Shown one piece after another: positions 50,501 to 62,395 of a DNA stretch of 64,000 nt. A model generated the notes under the pieces. It worked only from the letters and a program-made list of their open reading frames with translations, ran no database searches and had not been told where the DNA came from. Numbering within the stretch: the stretch's first letter is position 1; every line of letters starts with the position of its first letter. The position numbers were made by a program, and so were the translations under genes. Source of the DNA: Chiloscyllium plagiosum (lineage: Eukaryota); NCBI RefSeq assembly GCF_004010195.1, contig NC_057718.1, positions 3,450,932 to 3,514,931 on the forward strand, written 5' to 3'.

Positions 50501-52380
50501 TGATTATATTTTCCAAGAGAATTAGGGTGTCTGTTCATTGGCCATGCAAAGTTAATAAGAAAGAATTGATAGATACAGATATAAGACAGGAGGTAAGGTG
50601 CCATGGAACGGTTATTGCACAAGATAGGAGCTCATAATATTGGGGTAAATATATCAGCATGGATTGGGCGATTAGTGAAAACACAGACAGATTTGGGATG
50701 AATGGGTTATTTTGAGGTTGGAATGATGCAGTTAGTGAAATACCACATGGATTAGTCCCAATGCTTCAATTCTTTACCATCTCAGCATTGGACAAGGTTC
50801 CTCATGGTAGACTGGTTGGCAAGTTTAGATCTCATGGAATACAGGGAGAACTAACCATTTGGATACAGAAGTGGCTCAAAGGCAGAGGGTGGTGGTAGAC
50901 GGTGGCTTTTCAGATTGGAGGCCTGTGACCACATGGGTCAGTGCTGGGTCCACTGCTTTTCATCACTTATGTAAATGATTTGGATGTGAACCTAGGACAT
51001 GTGGTTTATTAGTTTGTAGATGACACCAAAATTGGAGGTGTAGTGGACATCAAAGAAGATTATATTGGAGTACAATGGGATTTTGTTCAGATGGGCCAAT
51101 GAGCTGAGGAGTGTTAGATCAAGTTTAATTTAGATAAAAGCAAGGTGATACATTTGGAAAGGTAAATCAGGGCAGGACTTATATACTTAATAGTAAGGTC
51201 CTGGGGAATGTTGCTGAACAAAGAGACCTTGGAGAGCAGGTTCATAGCTCCTTGAAAGTGGAGTCGCAGATAAATGGGATAATGACGAATGTGTTTGGTA
51301 TGCTTTCCTTTACTAGTCAGTGCTTTGAGCATTGGAGTTGGGAGGTCATGTTGCGGCTGTACAGGACATTGGTTAGGCCACTATTGAAATACCATGTGCA
51401 AGTCTGATCTCCCTGTTTTGGAAGGATATTGTGAAATGTGAAAATGTTCAGAAAAGATTTATAAGGATGTTGGCAAGGTTGGAGGGTTTGAGGTATAGGG
51501 ACAGGCTGAATAGGCTGGGGTTATTTTCCTGGAGTGTCAGAGGCTGAAGAGTGACCTTACAGAGGTTTATAAAATCGAGGCGCATGGATAGGGTAAATAG
51601 ACAAGATCTCTTCCCCGGGATAGGGGAGTTCAAAGCTAGAGGGCATAGATTTAGGGTGAAAGGAGACCGAGTTAGAAATGACCGAAGGGACAATTTTTTT
51701 CATGCAGAGGTTGGTGTGTGTACAGAGTGAACTGCCACAGATGGAGGCTGGTACAATTACAACATTTACAAACCATCTGGATGGGTATATGAATAGAAAA
51801 GCTTTAGAGTGATATGGGCCAAATGCTGACAAATGGGACTAGATTTATTTAGGATATCTGGTTGGTACATTCACATTGGTCTGAAGGGTGTTTCTGTGCT
51901 GTATATCTCTCTGACTCTATATACATTCATGAATTAGAGGAGGGAGTAGAGTGCAACATATCCTGATTTCCTAGTGATACTTCAATAGGTAAGAGAGCAT
52001 GTTGTAATGAGCACAAAAGGAATCTGCAAGGGGATAAATAAGGTGAGTGAGTCGGTGAAACCTTGACCAAATATTAGGTAAATGGAGAGACCCCAAAAAG
52101 TATTCAGCACAGAAGGATCTGTGTGTTCTTAATATGAAACAAAATGGAAACAAGCAGGCTCAGTTCGTAATTAACAAGACAAGTGGAATTTTGAGCTTTT
52201 TTTGCGAGCGGGGACTGGAGTTTAAAAACAGGGAAGACTTGTGACAACTGCACAGTGTTGCTGAGGCTGCACCTGGAGTACTGCGCACAGTCTTGGTCCC
52301 TATATTTAACAAAGAATGGACTGACATGGGAGGCTGTTCAGCGAGTGAATCTCTTTGGTTCCTGGGATGAAGGGGTGACT
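50500..52380 (+). mobile_element. Nested CR1 ORF2 fragments
   Basis: gacaaggttcctcatgg, gatgacaccaaaattggaggtgtagtggac and gaccttacagaggtttataaaat motifs. Confidence 0.75.
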
Positions 52381-52439
52381 AATTATTTATGGCTGCACAG
52401 GTCAGGGCTTTCTTCATGAGTGTATATGATGTTGCTATG

Positions 52440-55214
52440 ATGATGTGGCCACAATAGAGACGTGGGTTTCTCAGGGGTAGGAATGGTTGCTGGATGTTCC
52501 AGGGTTTAGAACATTTAAAAAGAATAGGGAGGGGGGAAAAAGAAGAGTGGGTGTAGCACTGCTAATCAGAGAGGGTATCACAGCTACAGAAGCTTCCATT
52601 GTCGAGGAGGGTCTGCCTACCGAGTCAGTATGGGTGGAAATTAGGAACAGTAAGGAAGTAGTCACCTCATTAGGGGTTTACTACAGGCCCCCCAGTAGCA
52701 GCAGGGAGATTGAAGAAAGCATAGGTCGGCAGATTTTGGAAAAGTGTGATTGTAGTAGGGTTGTTGTAATGGGTGAATTTAATTTTCCCAATATTGATTG
52801 GAACCTCCTTCGAGCAGATGGTTTGGAAGGAGCTGTTTTTGTAAGGTGTTATGGAGGGTTTCCTAACTCAGTATGTTGACAGGCCGATGAGGGGAAAGGC
52901 CATTTTGGATTTGGTGCTTGGCAATGAGCCCAGGCAGGTGTTAGATCTTGCGGTGGGAGAGCATTTTGCTGATAATGACCACAACTGCCTCACATTCTAC
53001 ATAGCTATGGAGGAGGAGAGAAGCAGGCATAATGGGAGGATATTTAATTAGGGAAAAGGAAATTGTTACTATCAGACGTGAGTTGGGAAGCATGGACTGG
53101 GAGCAATTGTTCCATGGAAAGGGCACTATAGACATGTGGAGACTGTTTAAGGAACAGTTGTTGCAAGTGATGCATAAATGTGTTCCTCTGAGACAGGCAA
53201 GAAGGGATAAGATAAAGGAACCTTGGATGACGAGAGCGGAGGAGCTTCTCGTCAAAAGAAAGAAGCCAGCCCACATAAGGTGGAGGAAGCAAGGGTCTTG
53301 CTCAGCTCTAGAGGATTACAGGAAGGTGATGAAGGAGCTCAAAAATGGTCTGAGGAGAGCCAGGAGGGGGCACAAGAAAGGCTTGGCAGGAAGGATTAGG
53401 GAGAATCCAAAGGCATTTTACACGTATGTGCGGAATAAGAGAATGATCAAAAAAAGAGTAGGGCTGATCAGGGATAGCATAGGGAACTTGTATATGGAGT
53501 CTGAGGAGGTAGGGGAAGCCCTAAATGAGTTTCTTGTTTTTTTCTTTACTAAAGAAAAGAACCTTGTAGTGAATGAAACCATTGAGGAGCAGGTAAGCAT
53601 GCTAGAATGGATAGAGATTGAGGAAGCTGATGTGCTGAAAATTTTGAAAAACATTAAGATTGACAAGTCGCCAGGGCCAGACCAGATTTGTCCTAGGCTG
53701 CTTTGGGAAGCGAGAAATGTGATTGCTTCGCCACTTGCGATGATCTTTGCATCCTCGCTCTCCACCAGAGTCACACCTGAGGACTGGAGGGAGGCAAATG
53801 TAATTCCTCTCTTCAAGAAAGGAAATGGGGAAATCCCTGGCAATTACAGACCAGTCAGTCTCACGTCTGTCGTCTGCAAGGTGTTAGAAAGGATTCTGAG
53901 GGATAGGATTTATGACCATCTGGAAGAGCATGGCTTGATTAAATGCAGTCAACGTGGCTTTGTGAGCGGCAGGTCATGTCTCACAAACCTTATTGAGTTC
54001 TTTGAGGATGTTACTAGACAAGTTGATGAGGGTCGAGCTGTGGATGTGATGTATATGGACTTCAGCAAGGCATTTGATAAGGTTCCCCATGGTAGGCTCG
54101 TTCAGAAGGTCAGGAGGAATGAAATAGAGGGAAATTTAGCTGTCTGGATACAGAATTGGCTGGTCGACAGAAGACAGCGAGTGGTAGTGGAAGGGAAGTA
54201 TTCTGCCTGGAAGTCAGTGGTGAGTGGTGTTCCACAGGGCTCTGTTCTTGGGCCTCTACTCCTTGTAATTTTTATTAATGACTTGGATGAGGAGATTGAA
54301 GGATGGATTAGCAAGTTTGCAGACGACACAAAGATTGGAGGTGTCGTTGACAGTATAGAGGACTGTTGTAGGCTGCAGCGTGACATTGACAGGATGCAGA
54401 GATGAGCTGAGAGGTGGCAGATGGAGTTCAACCTGGATAAATGTGAAGTGATGCATTTTGGAAGGTCGAACTTGAAAGTTGAGTACAGGATTAAAGACAG
54501 GATTCTTGGCAGTATGGAGGAACAGAGGGATCTTGGTGTGCAGGTACATAGATCCCTTAAAATGGCCACCCAAGTGGACAGGGTTGTTAAGAAAGCATAT
54601 GGTGTTTTGGCTTTCATTAACAGGGGATTGAGTTTAAGAGTCATGAGATCTTGTTGCAGCTCTATAAAACTTTGGTTAGACTGCACTTGGAATACTGTGT
54701 CCAGTTCTGGTCGCCCTATTATAGGAAAGATGTGGTTGCTTTGGAGAGGGTCCAGAGGAGGTTTATCAGGATTCTGCCTGGAATGGAGGGCTTATTTTAC
54801 GAAGAGAGGTTGACTGAGCTCGGACTTTTTTCATTGGAGAAAAGGAGGATAAGAGGGGACCTAATTGAGGTATACAAGATAATGAGAGGCATAGAAAGAG
54901 TTGATAGCCAGAGACTTTTTCCCAGGGCAGAAATGGCTAACACGAGGGGTCATAGTTTTAAGCTTTTTGGCGGAAAGTATAGAGGGGATGTCAGAGGCGA
55001 GTTCTTTATGCAGAGAGTTGAGAGCATGGAATGAGTTGCCAGCAGCAGTTGTGGAAGCGAGCTCACTGGGGATATTTAAGAGACTGCTGGACATGCATAT
55101 GGTCACAGATATTTGAGGGTTCGTACATTAGGTTTACCTTACGTGAGGATCAATAGTCGGCACAACATTATGGACTGAAGGGCCTGCTCTGTGCTGTACT
55201 GTTCTATGTTCTAT
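52440..55214 (+). mobile_element. 5'-truncated CR1 LINE, most of ORF2 (APE + RT), same subfamily as 5855-8362
   Basis: 457-aa ORF 53032-54405 with RT motifs; adjacent ORFs joined by frameshifts and one stop; tail tgttctatgttcta. Confidence 0.95.
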
Positions 55215-55954
55215 AGAAGAATGCAGTCTGACCCTACTGAGACATGAGGAAGTTTGATAGGGTGGATACTGGGAATCTTGAACAAGGGGACACAGTTTCA
55301 GAATAAGGGTCACTCATTTAAAACTGAGATAGGGAGCAATTTCCTCTCACAGAAGGGAGTGAATGTCTGGAATTCCCAACACTAAAGTTGTGGTAGATAG
55401 TTCAATGAAAGGATTTAAAGAGGAGAGAGGTGGATTTTTGAAATATCAAGGAATTGAAGAATTGAGAAGTTGGCATGAGTGGGGAGTTGAGGCCTGGAGC
55501 AGACAAACCCTGATCTTGAATAATGGGACAACCTTTAGGGGCTGAATGGCCTACTCCTGTTCCTATTTCTGAGGATCTTATGTCTGTGGACCTGCTTTCT
55601 TTCTTTTCAGTGTTGGTGGTGTCCCATTTGAGGAATGATTGAATTTGTGATCTTGCTGCCCATGAACTCCTGGTCATTCTCAAACTAGTCTTGATAATTC
55701 TTACTGGACAGCCCCCAGGTCTCTGCTCAGCAGCTGTTTCTGATGGATTTAGGGGTAGATCAGTTAGTGTGGATATTCTGTGGTCCCTGTTCATTCACCA
55801 TCACCGCGTTGACTGTGAGATGCTGACTGATTAGGTCTTCCTTCACAAAGTCCTCAAGTCCATCAATACTGTATTTCCTCTGGGAGCATTTCCGTCTTTC
55901 CTCTGACACGGTCCTTGCATTTCCTTTGGCAGTGGATCTGTATTTCCAGTAACA

Positions 55955-57750
55955 CTGAGAGTCATACAGCACGAAAACAGACCCTTCAGTCCAACTACTC
56001 CATGCTGACCAGAATCCCAAATAAACTAAACCCACATGCCTGAGCTTGGCCCATATCCCTCGAAACAATTTTTTATTCATAAGCTTGTCCAAATGTCTTT
56101 GAAATGTTGTAACTGTACCCACATTCACAATTTTCTCTGAAAGTTTATTCCACACAGACCACTCTCTGTACAAAACAGTTGCCCCTCGTAATTATACCAG
56201 TCTTCACCACTACCACTGGAAGTTCATTCCATACATGGACCACCATCTGACTGAAACATTGCCCATTAGGTCAGAATTAGAATCCATACAGTGTGGAAAT
56301 AGGCCCTTGAAGAATCCCATGAAGAATAATCCACCCAGACTCATTCCCCTATATTTATCCCTGACTAGTGCACCACACTAGTGCACCTGGCCTACACATC
56401 CCTGAACAATTATGGGCAAATTAGCACGGTCATTTCACCTAACTTGCACATCTTTAGATTGTGGGAGGAAGCCAGAGCATCTGGAGGAAACCCACACCAA
56501 CACGGGAGAATGTGCAAACGCCACACAGTCACCCAAGGTGGCATCGAACCCAGGTCCCTGGCACTGAGGCAGCAGTGCTCACCACTGAGCCACCATGTCA
56601 CCCTAACTAAACAGTCCCTTTTAACTCTTTCCACTCTCACCTTAACCTGATGCCTTTAGTTCTGGACTCCCTGCTCTGGGAAAAAGACCTTGTCTATTTA
56701 CCAGACCCATGCCCCTCATGATTTTATAAACCTCTATAAGGTTACCCTTCAGCCTCCAACATTCCTGGGAAAATAGCCCCAGCCTAATCAGCCTCTGCCA
56801 ATAGCTCAAATCTTCCAATCCTGGCAACATTCTTGTAAATCTCTTCTGAACACTTTCAAGTTTCACAACATCTTTCCTGTAGCAGGGAGACCAGAACTGA
56901 ATGCAGTATTTCAAACATGGCCTAACCAACATCCTGTATAGCTACCACATGACCTCCAACTGCTATATTCAACTCACTGAACAATAGATTAATTTGAATC
57001 CAGTGGTTTGTATCTCATGTATGATTCTTCTTTTTTTGTTCACTACAGCCTCAAGACCTGTTATTCATGTATTGTTCCCTAATCCTACCAAACTTGGTCT
57101 TTTACTTGAACAGGAAAATAATGACTCAGAATACTCGTTATCACACTTTTGAAAGCCTCCCACTTACCTGACTTCCTTTTACTTACAAACCGTCTACTCC
57201 AATCAATTTTTGAAATTTCTTGTTTCATTCCATTAAAATTTGCCTTAGAACATAGAACATTACTCCAATTAAAATCTTTAAATTTTGTGAAAAGGCTTAT
57301 CCTTTTCCATAATTATTTTAATCAAATAGAATTATAATCACTCAATCAAAGTGTTCCTTTACTATCACTTCAGTCTTTTCCCTGTCTTATTACCCAAGAG
57401 AAGGTCAAGTAATGCTACTTATCTAGTTGGAACATTTATATATTGGTAAAGAAAACTTTCATGAATACATTACCAAAATTCTTCATGATCCAAATCTTTA
57501 ATGCTCTGCTGGGCCCAGGTAATTTGTGGAAAATTAAAATCACCCACAATTTCGATCTAATTATTCTTACACGTATCTGAGATCTCTCAACACATTTGTT
57601 CCACAATTTTCTTCTGACTACATAGGGGCTGGGGGTGGTGCTAAAGTCCAATCCTATAAAGGTCATTATCCCTTTTATATTTCTAATTTTAACCCATATA
57701 CTTTCAGTGGATGATTTTTCAGAAATATCTTCTCTAGTTACAGCAATAAC
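55955..57750 (-). mobile_element. Nested CR1 fragments with an old HE1-type SINE at ~56273-56604
   Basis: LVRPCLKYCIQFWSP ORF; SINE core ggaggaaacccacac...gggagaatgtgcaaac. Confidence 0.8.
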
Positions 57751-57914
57751 ATTCCTGTATTTCCTTGGGCAGTGTCTCTGTATTTACTCTGGGGGTGTTT
57801 TTGTTGCTGCTGCCAGTTTCAGGCCAGGCTTATGGAGATGGTAGACTGGATTCAGAGATGTGTCATCTAATATTCGTCAGCATGTGTCCTGGGGTGGGTG
57901 ATGCCAGCAATAGA

Positions 57915-58483
57915 CACTAGACAATAGGTGCAGGAGTCGGCCATTCTGCCCTTTGAGCCTGCACCACCATTCAATATGATTATGGCTGATCATCCTTAAT
58001 CAGTATCCTGTTCCTGCCTTATCTCCATAACTCTTGATTCCACTATCCTTGAGAGCTCTCTCCAACTCTTTCTTAAATGAATCCAGAGACTGGGCCTCCA
58101 CTGCCCTCTGGGGCAGAGCATTCCACACAGCCACCACTCTCTGGGTGAAGAAGTTTCTCCTCATCTCTGTCCTAAATGGTCCATCCCGTATTTTTAACTG
58201 TGTCCTCTGGTTCGGCACTCACCCATCAGCAGAAACATGTTTCCTGCCACCAGAGTGTCCAATCCTTTAATAATCTTATATGTCTCAATCAGATCCCCTC
58301 TCCGTCTTCTAAACTCAAAGGTATACAAGCCCAGTTGCTCCAGTCTTTCAGTGTAAGGGAGTCCTACCATTTCAGGAATTGACCTCGTGAACCTACGCTG
58401 CACTCCCTCAATAGCCAGAATGTCTTTCCTCAAATTTAGAGACCAGAACTGCACACAGTACTCCAGGTGGGGTCTCACCAGGG
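57915..58483 (-). mobile_element. CR1 3' fragment
   Basis: ALVRPHLEYCVQFWS...RRRGDLIETYKI...RRNFFTQRVVAVWNALP. Confidence 0.9.
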
Positions 58484-58919
58484 CATCCTTGCAGCCCATC
58501 ACCAGTTGGATAATGTGCACAAGCAGATGCCAGTGCCTGGAACAGGCTGTTTGCCATGAAGTCTCGTATTTGTCTCTTTGACAAAGTAAGGCACATGTTA
58601 TCACCAGGCTACATTCACCTAATTTAGTCAGGAGGAGGACTCTGTTGCTATTTGCCTTCCCCACTCCTTCCTTGCCAGTCGGGCTTCTCCAGACTGAAAG
58701 TCATTGATGAAGCAGCTGAAGCTGGTTGGGCCTTAGGGCGAGAGGGAGCTGCACTGCTCCTGGCTGAGCTCACCCTGCTCTTCATTTGGAGGTTTTACTC
58801 ATCCACCACAACAGGAACCATTCACTAACCCACACCTCCTCTGACCCCTCCCAAGTGTTGCAGCCCTCAAGCCCTCGATCGTATGTCTCTCAGATGACCC
58901 AGTCCAAGTGTAATGAGGC

Positions 58920-60030
58920 AGACTTGATTTAGGAGCCTAAGATCAAGGAACCCCCAAGGAACCAGTGACCATGATACGATCAAATTCACATGGCAGTTTG
59001 AGAGGGAGATGATTGAATCAGCTGAGTAAAGGTAACAACAAAGACATGAAGGAGGAGCTGACTGGAGTTGATTGGAAAGAAAGCCCATCAGGGAAAGTGC
59101 TGGAACAGCAACAGCAAGAGTTTCTGAGCTTAATTTTGGAGGCACAGCATACATTCATCCATAGGAAGAAGAAACATACTAAGAGGAGGAAGTCAGCGAC
59201 AGCATAAAAGCAAAATTAAAATGGGGTTAACAATTAGTGAGAAGCCTGTAAAAAACAGCTGATGTTAATCATAAAAGCAATGTGGGGAGGGAGGATGAAA
59301 TATGAGAGTAAGCTAGCTAGTACATAGAACATACAACTGTACAGCACAACAATGGGCCCTTCGGCCCATCATGTTGCACCAAACATGATGTCAAATTAAA
59401 CTAATCCCTTCTGTCTGCCCTCCATTCCTTGTATTTCATGTGCTTCTCTAAAAGTTCCTCAGTAATTAATCAATAATAAGCCCCTTATTAATATAGAAGA
59501 AGATTGCAAGAATTTTGTTTTAGATATCTAAAAGGAGAGAGAGAAGCAAGGATGGTCATGCACCATGAGGCTGGGGATGTAATAAAGGGAGACGAAGAAA
59601 TGGCAGAGGAATTGACTAGACAGCTTGTATCAATGAAAGACACCAGCAGCACACCAGAGCTTCAACAGAATCAGGGCAGAGGGGTGAGTGTCATCATTAA
59701 GGAAAAGGTGCTGGGGAAGTGGAAAGGTTTGAAAGTGGATAAATTACCCGCACCAGATGGACAATACCTCAGGGTTCTGAAAGAGATAGCTGAGGAGAAT
59801 GAAGAGGCATTGATGGTGATCATTCAGGAATCACAGGAGTCAGGGACGATCCCAGTGGACTAGAAAATCACTAATGTAACACCCCTGTGTTTCTTAATGA
59901 GTAAGGGGATCAAGAATTATAGGGAGAAGGCAGAATATTGGGTTTGCTCTGCCATTTGATCATTGTTAATATGTTTCTCAATCCCAGCGGACCGAATGGC
60001 CTTATTCTGCTCCCTTTTATTCATGGTCTT
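58920..60030 (+). mobile_element. Old CR1 fragments
   Basis: LKVDKLPAPDGQYLRVLKEIAEE motif; CR1 tail near 60000. Confidence 0.75.
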
Positions 60031-60269
60031 ATCTGAGTCCCACTCCAATAGCCTTGAGCACAAAATATTCTCTGAAGCTGTCAGTTAGTACAATGTCTCG
60101 TGAAAGAACAAAGCTCAGGAGTTGTCTAAAACAATTTGGTTTCTGATTAGTGACTGGAATCCACAACAACTATTGATTATAGCCACGAGATTTTATCACG
60201 ACTTTGTTTTCAGGTGATTATTTTTTAGGTTTCTTATCTGTTCTGATCTCAATTATTTTCTATTCACAG

Positions 60270-60620
60270 GTCAGGATACAAGGTCAGTTCTTATCCAATC
60301 TCCTAAAACAGTGACAGTGAATCATGGTGGGACAGTAACATTTCACTGTGATTTGCGAAGCAGTAATGTCGATTACACCGTGGACAAATATGATGTACAC
60401 TGGCACCATTCCCGACACGGGCCAGTTGTATTGACACATTTTGCAGGCGGTGGTGTTCACCGATTGAGAGGATTCTCTGAGCGGTTTCAGCTTTCCAGAG
60501 AAGTAACCAGTAACAGCTACATTCTGACCATCAGAGAGCTGCAGCTCAGTGACACCAATACCTACATCTGTCAGATTTGGGGGACAGTATTTGGGAAAGG
60601 GACCCAGCTGAATGTGACCA
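60270..60620 (+). CDS. Intact germline-joined VJ-type Ig V-set exon V4
   Basis: ttttctattcacag| 351 nt |GTAAGT, phase 1-1, open frame: QDTRSVLIQSPKTVTVNHGGTVTFHCDLRSSNVDYTVDKYDVHWHHSRHGPVVLTHFAGGGVHRLRGFSERFQLSREVTSNSYILTIRELQLSDTNTYICQIWGTVFGKGTQLNVT. Has both Cys, the Trp, RF, LTI, DxxxYxC and FGxGTxLxV. Confidence 0.95.
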
Positions 60621-60867
60621 GTAAGTATTCTCTAATACAATATTGATTTGATTCCCAGTGACTTGACCATGAAAGCAACCTGTTTAATTTAACATTTTAT
60701 AAACTTTGTAACAGACCCAGGCTTGGACTCTCAAACCCCTCCACAAGCTCTTGGCCATTCAACCCCGGGTTCTCAGCCCATTCCCTCCCAAACCCTGTCC
60801 CCAGCAGAAGCAGCACAGTCAGCTCACTGCCCTGGATCACAGACCATTCCCCTGGCTCCTGCCAGTC

Positions 60868-61052
60868 AGTCAGGGAGTGACAGGTAGGGAGTGACAATGA
60901 GGGAATGATAGATAGGGAGTGATAGAGAGAGAGAGAGGGAGAGATAGACAGGGATTGACAGAGAGGAAGTGATAGGGAGTGACAGGGAGGGAGCAGGTGA
61001 CAGGGAGGGAGTGAGAGAGGGAGTGACAGAGGGTACGAGTGACAGAGAGGGG
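60868..61052. repeat. GA-rich simple repeat (agggagtgac-like units)
   Basis: Expanded in unit 1 relative to unit 2 (62641-62665). Confidence 0.85.
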
Positions 61053-62044
61053 GTGAATTTCAGTGAAATGTAAAGAATCACGTGCAGTCACTTTAGCAGC
61101 TGCTGTTAAAAGGAAAGTATATCAGGTCAGCATGAGAGTTCACTGCTGGGAGGGTAAAGAGTCAGATGGGTAAAGGTAAATACGATGCCAGGTGGGGAGA
61201 GTGCCAGATAAGAAGGGTGCCATCTTATTAGGTTACAAACTGGAAATGTGTTCGGCTGCCATGAACATAAAGGGCCAGGTGAGTAATGTGTAACTGGGTC
61301 AGGGCGAGAGTGACAGGTGGTAGTGGGCCCCGTGGGTAGAGGATTCAGATGTAGAGTTGGGGAAAAGAGAACAGATGCAGGAAATGGGGGAAATGGGTTG
61401 GGGAAGAGCAGGGGAAATGGGCCAGGATCCAAGGGGGTCAGGTTTCAGGTTCTGTGCTGGGAGGTATTGGGGATCTGGGGCTGCATGAGGTCAGAATGTG
61501 GACTGCTGAATAGTTACTCAGTCAGTAGATTATGTGCTTAATATTCCAATTTTTCACAGATAGTTGAGGAGAATGTTGAGGCATTGGTGGTGACCATTCA
61601 GGAATCACAGAAATCAGGGAGGGTTGCAGAGGATAGAAAAATCACTAATGTAACACCCTTGTGATAGACAGATTCTTAATGAGTAAGGGGATCAAGGATT
61701 ATAGGATGAAGGCAGGAAAATGGGAATGAGAAACACATCAGCAATGATCGAATGGTAGAACAGATTCAATGGACCGAATGGCCTTATTCTGCTCCTCTAT
61801 TTTCATGGTCTTATTGTGAGTCCCACTCCACAGCCTTGAGCACAAAATACTCTCTGAAGCTGTCGGTTAGTACAAGGCAAAGTGAAAGAATAAAGATCAG
61901 GAATGGTCTAAAAGAATCTGTTTCTAATTAATGAGAATCCACAACTACTGATAAAATCCAGGCGATTTTGTCACGGCTTTGTTTCCAAGTGCTTACTTTT
62001 GAGGTTTCTCATCTGTCCTGATCTCTGTAATTTTCTATTCACAG

Positions 62045-62395
62045 ATCGAGATACATGGCCAGTGCTTATCCAATCTCCTGAAGCAGTGTCAGTGCCTGAG
62101 GGTGGGACAGTGACATTTCACTGTGATTTGCGAAGCAGCAATGTCAATTACACTGTGGACATATACACTGCACACTGGCACCATTCCCGACACGGGTCGA
62201 TCATATTGACACATTTTGCAGGCGGCGGTGTTTCCCGATCGAGAGGATTCTCTGAGCGGTTTCAGCTTTCCAGAAATGTGACCAGTAACAGCTTCATTCT
62301 GACCATCAGAGAGCTGCAGCTCAGTGACACCAATACCTACATCTGTGAGATTTGGGGGAAAGTCTTTGGGAAAGGGACCCGGCTGAATGTGACCA
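62045..62395 (+). CDS. Intact germline-joined VJ-type Ig V-set exon V5
   Basis: ttttctattcacag| 351 nt |GTAAGT, phase 1-1: RDTWPVLIQSPEAVSVPEGGTVTFHCDLRSSNVNYTVDIYTAHWHHSRHGSIILTHFAGGGVSRSRGFSERFQLSRNVTSNSFILTIRELQLSDTNTYICEIWGKVFGKGTRLNVT. Confidence 0.95.

Noticed and set aside
53032-54405. 457-aa reverse transcriptase ORF as a host or novel gene
   Set aside because: Ordinary CR1 ORF2 fragment with a frameshift upstream and a premature stop.
60344-60350. CACTGTG heptamer inside V4 (and the equivalent site in V5)
   Set aside because: It is simply the His-Cys-Asp codons; there is no nonamer at 12 or 23 bp.
61380-61480. G-run cluster (G-quadruplex potential), repeated near 62990-63090
   Set aside because: Its recurrence is explained by the recent duplication; there is no independent evidence of function.
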